Of a DNA stretch of 64,000 nt, positions 61,166-64,000 are shown piece by piece. The stretch is taken from the NCBI GenBank assembly GCA_965223705.1, contig OZ245015.1, positions 992,001 through 1,056,000 of the forward strand, given 5' to 3'. Source of the stretch: Myxococcota bacterium. Lineage in GTDB: Bacteria; Myxococcota_A; UBA9160; UBA6930. Each line of letters opens with the position of its first letter. Within the stretch, counting starts at the first letter, position 1. A model generated the notes under the pieces. That model ran no database searches and had not been told where the DNA came from. It saw only the letters and a program-made list of their open reading frames with translations. A program made the translations under genes and the position numbers.

Positions 61166-62037
61166 GACGACACCCGCTTTTGCGGCCGCCAAGACGCAGG
61201 CCAGAGTTTTTCCAACGCCCATGCTTCGAGTAACAACAACACGAAAGCGATCGCGAACGTGAATAGGCCCTCGGTTTGATGGATCCAGCCTCCAGCGGCC
61301 TCCTTCCCAAAGTAGTGCGTTAGCACTCCTGTGAGACCAACTCGGAAGGCGTTCACGAGGATCGCGATAGGTATCGCGGAGAGAACGATGATGACTCGCT
61401 CGCCCCAACTCTTCCTAAAGAAGTAAGCAAAGATCACTCCTAACGTGACCAAAGCCATAAGGGACCGGAGCCCACTGCACGCTTCTTCGACGAAGAGCTG
61501 CGTGTTCGCGAGGTGAATAATGTTCCCTTCGAGCAGGGCAGGGATGCCGAGCGCGTAGAGCGCGTTGGCGGCCGCGTCGGCCGCGATCAGCTGCAGGGGA
61601 AACGCGACCACATTTACCAGCGATTGTGGCAGCGGAATCATCAAGAACAGAAACCAGAGCGGAAACGCAAGAGCCTTGTAGATTCGACGCCCCGCGAATA
61701 GGAGGATCAACCCGTGAACCGCCAGCACGAAGGACACTCGCATGTTCATCAGCTCGACACCGAGCCGGCCAATCGCAAGGGTGATTGAGCTGAGGGCAAG
61801 CGGTGCGAGCCCCAGCCAGGAAGGCTGCATCGCCAGCCTCCGTACGATGGGTTTGCGCTGCCAGGCGAAGTAGGCCGCGAGCGGTGCGACAATAAAACCG
61901 TGCGAATAGTCAGGCACCGCCTGCCAGTGCTTCACCATGAAAAACAGGATGGGGCCATAGAGGACAGTGGCAGCGGCGAGGAGGAACCAAAGCGCCGTGC
62001 TTTCAATTGGCCGAACTTGGGCTGTTTCTTCCGGCAA
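61162..62037 (-). CDS. Exosortase (EpsH/Xrt family); start approximate
   Basis: YSHGFIV, FLFLMIPLP, catalytic Cys in VEEACSGLRSL, NAFR and IHQTEG. Confidence 0.94.
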   Translation of the reverse strand: MPEETAQVRPIESTALWFLLAAATVLYGPILFFMVKHWQAVPDYSHGFIVAPLAAYFAWQRKPIVRRLAMQPSWLGLAPLALSSITLAIGRLGVELMNMRVSFVLAVHGLILLFAGRRIYKALAFPLWFLFLMIPLPQSLVNVVAFPLQLIAADAAANALYALGIPALLEGNIIHLANTQLFVEEACSGLRSLMALVTLGVIFAYFFRKSWGERVIIVLSAIPIAILVNAFRVGLTGVLTHYFGKEAAGGWIHQTEGLFTFAIAFVLLLLEAWALEKLWPASWRPQKRVSS

Positions 62038-62202
62038 GATTGATCCCTACGCTTACTAGCGGCGGACATCGGCTGTTCCCGAAGCATGAATTAACCCTAC
62101 AGCGGGGGCCTCTGCACGCGAGGGAAAGCGGATTCTCAAAATAGGAAAACCTTTTCCACGAAAAGCTCAAAATCTGCCCGCGGTCTGCCGATCGGCCCAT
62201 TA

Positions 62203-63564
62203 ATGAACTCTGCGTCCGGCAAACGCGTGTTGGTGGTCGAAGCGGCGCGGGACGTCGTCGCGGCTATCGAGTCCTGGGCCGCCGTTCACAACATCGTCGT
62301 AGTTCAAAATCCCCGAGGGGGTCTGGCCGAACTACCTCTTGCCGCGATCTGCTCGATCGACGGTGAAGCCGATGACCGCCTTGCCGAATTTCGCGTGCGC
62401 TGGCCGGACACAACAGTTGTCGCAGTTGGCACCGATTGCGCAACGGCGGACATCGTCGCGTCCTTTCGAGCCGGCGCAGATGACTTTCTGGCAAATCCAA
62501 TCGACCCCACAACGTTGGCGCAGGTGATTGAACGCTCCAGTCGGTCCCGCGTTGCGCCAGTTTGCATAGACGTCAAGCCTGGCGAGGCACTCGAGCTACT
62601 CCGAAGTTCAACGAACTCGGAGATGATTCGAATCACCCAACTGGTCGAAAAAGTGGCGGCGACGGACATCGCAGTTCTGATCCGGGGCGAGAGTGGTACC
62701 GGGAAAGAGCTGGTCGCCCGCGCGCTCCACGAGCGATCCGACCGCGCTGCCGGACCCTTTGTCAAAGTCAATTGCGCAGCTCTTCCTTCAGAACTTCTCG
62801 AGAGCGAACTCTTCGGATTCGAGCGGGGTGCGTTCACGGGAGCCCAGAAGCGGAAACTAGGAAAATTCGAGCACGCCGAGGGTGGCACCATATTTCTCGA
62901 CGAGATCGGAGAGATGGCACCGCAACTCCAAGCGAAGTTGCTCCAAGTCTTACAGGATGGGGAGTTTTCGAGACTGGGGGGCCAACAAGATGTCCGAGTC
63001 GACAGCCGAATTATCACCGCCACCAATCGCGATCTCGAAATGGCCGTTTCGCGCGGCGAGTTTCGCGAGGACCTCTACTACCGCGTCAACGTCGTAACGC
63101 TGTCGCTTCCGCCCCTCCGCTCAAGGCGCGAGGACATTCTGCCTCTCGCCAGGAGTTTCGGGGAGAGGTTTGCGATCGAGTACAACCAGGACGAATGGAC
63201 GCTCTCTGCCGAGGACCTCGCCTTGCTTGAGAACCATTCTTGGCCAGGGAATGTCAGGGAACTAGAGAACGTCCTTCGGAGACTGGTCGTCCTGGGCGGT
63301 AGCCTCGACCTTAAGGCGGAGCTTCGGCCCGCGGAGACGGACTCCGCGTTGCACAAAGCGTTGCCCGAAACACCCATTGAGGGTGAGGCGCTCGATCTTA
63401 AAGCGATCGGACGGGCGGCCGCGCGGGGCGCTGAGCGCGCCGTGATGGAGCGGGTGCTCGACCAAACGCGCTGGAACCGCAAGGAAGCCGCGAAACGCCT
63501 ATCAATCAGCTACAAGGCACTTCTCTATAAGATACGGGAGACGGGGCTTCGTGAGGCACATTGA
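62203..63564 (+). CDS. Sigma-54-dependent transcriptional activator with a degenerate receiver domain
   Basis: GESGTGKE, GAFTGA, WPGNVRELEN and Fis-type HTH; the receiver lacks the canonical DD and KP (VVEAA, FLANP). Confidence 0.93.
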   Translation: MNSASGKRVLVVEAARDVVAAIESWAAVHNIVVVQNPRGGLAELPLAAICSIDGEADDRLAEFRVRWPDTTVVAVGTDCATADIVASFRAGADDFLANPIDPTTLAQVIERSSRSRVAPVCIDVKPGEALELLRSSTNSEMIRITQLVEKVAATDIAVLIRGESGTGKELVARALHERSDRAAGPFVKVNCAALPSELLESELFGFERGAFTGAQKRKLGKFEHAEGGTIFLDEIGEMAPQLQAKLLQVLQDGEFSRLGGQQDVRVDSRIITATNRDLEMAVSRGEFREDLYYRVNVVTLSLPPLRSRREDILPLARSFGERFAIEYNQDEWTLSAEDLALLENHSWPGNVRELENVLRRLVVLGGSLDLKAELRPAETDSALHKALPETPIEGEALDLKAIGRAAARGAERAVMERVLDQTRWNRKEAAKRLSISYKALLYKIRETGLREAH

Positions 63565-63588
63565 CCCCGCGGGGGTCCGGAGGGGGAC

Positions 63589-64000
63589 ATGAGGAAGGCA
63601 CACGAAAGGATCCGAGGTCAGCTTGGACTTCTACTGGCACAGTTGCTCGTCGCCGGGTGTTTCGGTTGCGCTCAGTCGCCGCCCAACTTGACGCCGCCGC
63701 CAGAACCGACTGCACCTCCTGGAGAATACGTCATCGGCGCAGCCGACCTACTCAGAGTAACTGTGTGGCGAAACCCCGAACTCTCCGCAGACGTTCCGGT
63801 ACGCCCCGACGGCATGATCTCTGTGCCCCTCGTAAACGAAGTTCAGGCGGAGGGCAGGACCCCGACGGCACTCAAGGAAGATTTGACCGTTCGGATGACC
63901 GAGTACGTATCGAATCCTGAGATCACAGTTGTTGTTCTCCAGGTCAACAGCAAGAAAGCGCATGTTCTTGGTGAAGTCATCCGGTCTGGTCCCGTTAGTC
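63589..64000 (+). CDS. wza: Polysaccharide export outer-membrane lipoprotein (Wza/Poly_export), truncated by the window edge and absent from the ORF track
   Basis: Manual translation: MRKAHERIRGQLGLLLAQLLVAGCFGC (lipobox) ...EYVIGAADLLRVTVWRNPELSADVPVRPDGMISVPLVNEVQAEGRT...VLGEV. Confidence 0.9.
   Translation, partial: MRKAHERIRGQLGLLLAQLLVAGCFGCAQSPPNLTPPPEPTAPPGEYVIGAADLLRVTVWRNPELSADVPVRPDGMISVPLVNEVQAEGRTPTALKEDLTVRMTEYVSNPEITVVVLQVNSKKAHVLGEVIRSGPVS

Noticed and set aside
63635..63646. TGGCAC..TTGC as a sigma-54 promoter
   Set aside because: The GG-to-GC spacing is too short for -24/-12 and the site lies inside the wza coding region.

Overview
High-GC bacterial chromosomal window. Gene content (ClpB, three HtrA proteases, a Hanks-type Ser/Thr kinase, sigma-54 activators, exosortase/EpsI) suggests Myxococcota or a related deltaproteobacterial lineage; this is an inference. 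Positions 1-45 kb are mostly housekeeping: trpS, clpB, ligA, thiESG, alr, mlaEFD, purD, tsaC, rpsP-khpA-rimM-trmD-rplS, yraN and rsmI. From about 45 kb to the end lies a compositionally distinct, orientation-scrambled exopolysaccharide/exosortase island. Best candidate for an undescribed system (11.4-15.5 kb): a full-length Elp3 radical-SAM/KAT tRNA carboxymethyltransferase lies head-to-head with a methyltransferase carrying Trm9/ALKBH8-like motifs, and their likely start codons share one CATG. The methyltransferase is co-operonic with a SPOUT methyltransferase and a thioesterase. This suggests a eukaryote/archaea-type mcm5U34 wobble pathway in a bacterium. Second candidate (1-4457): a transglutaminase-DUF2126 amidoligase gene is coupled to a gene missing from the ORF track, an Ntn/GATase-II-transglutaminase fusion whose catalytic Cys1 and HNG Asn are replaced by Ser and Asp. 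No tRNA, rRNA, CRISPR array, integrase or transposase was recognised. All calls come from reading the sequence by eye; no searches were run.
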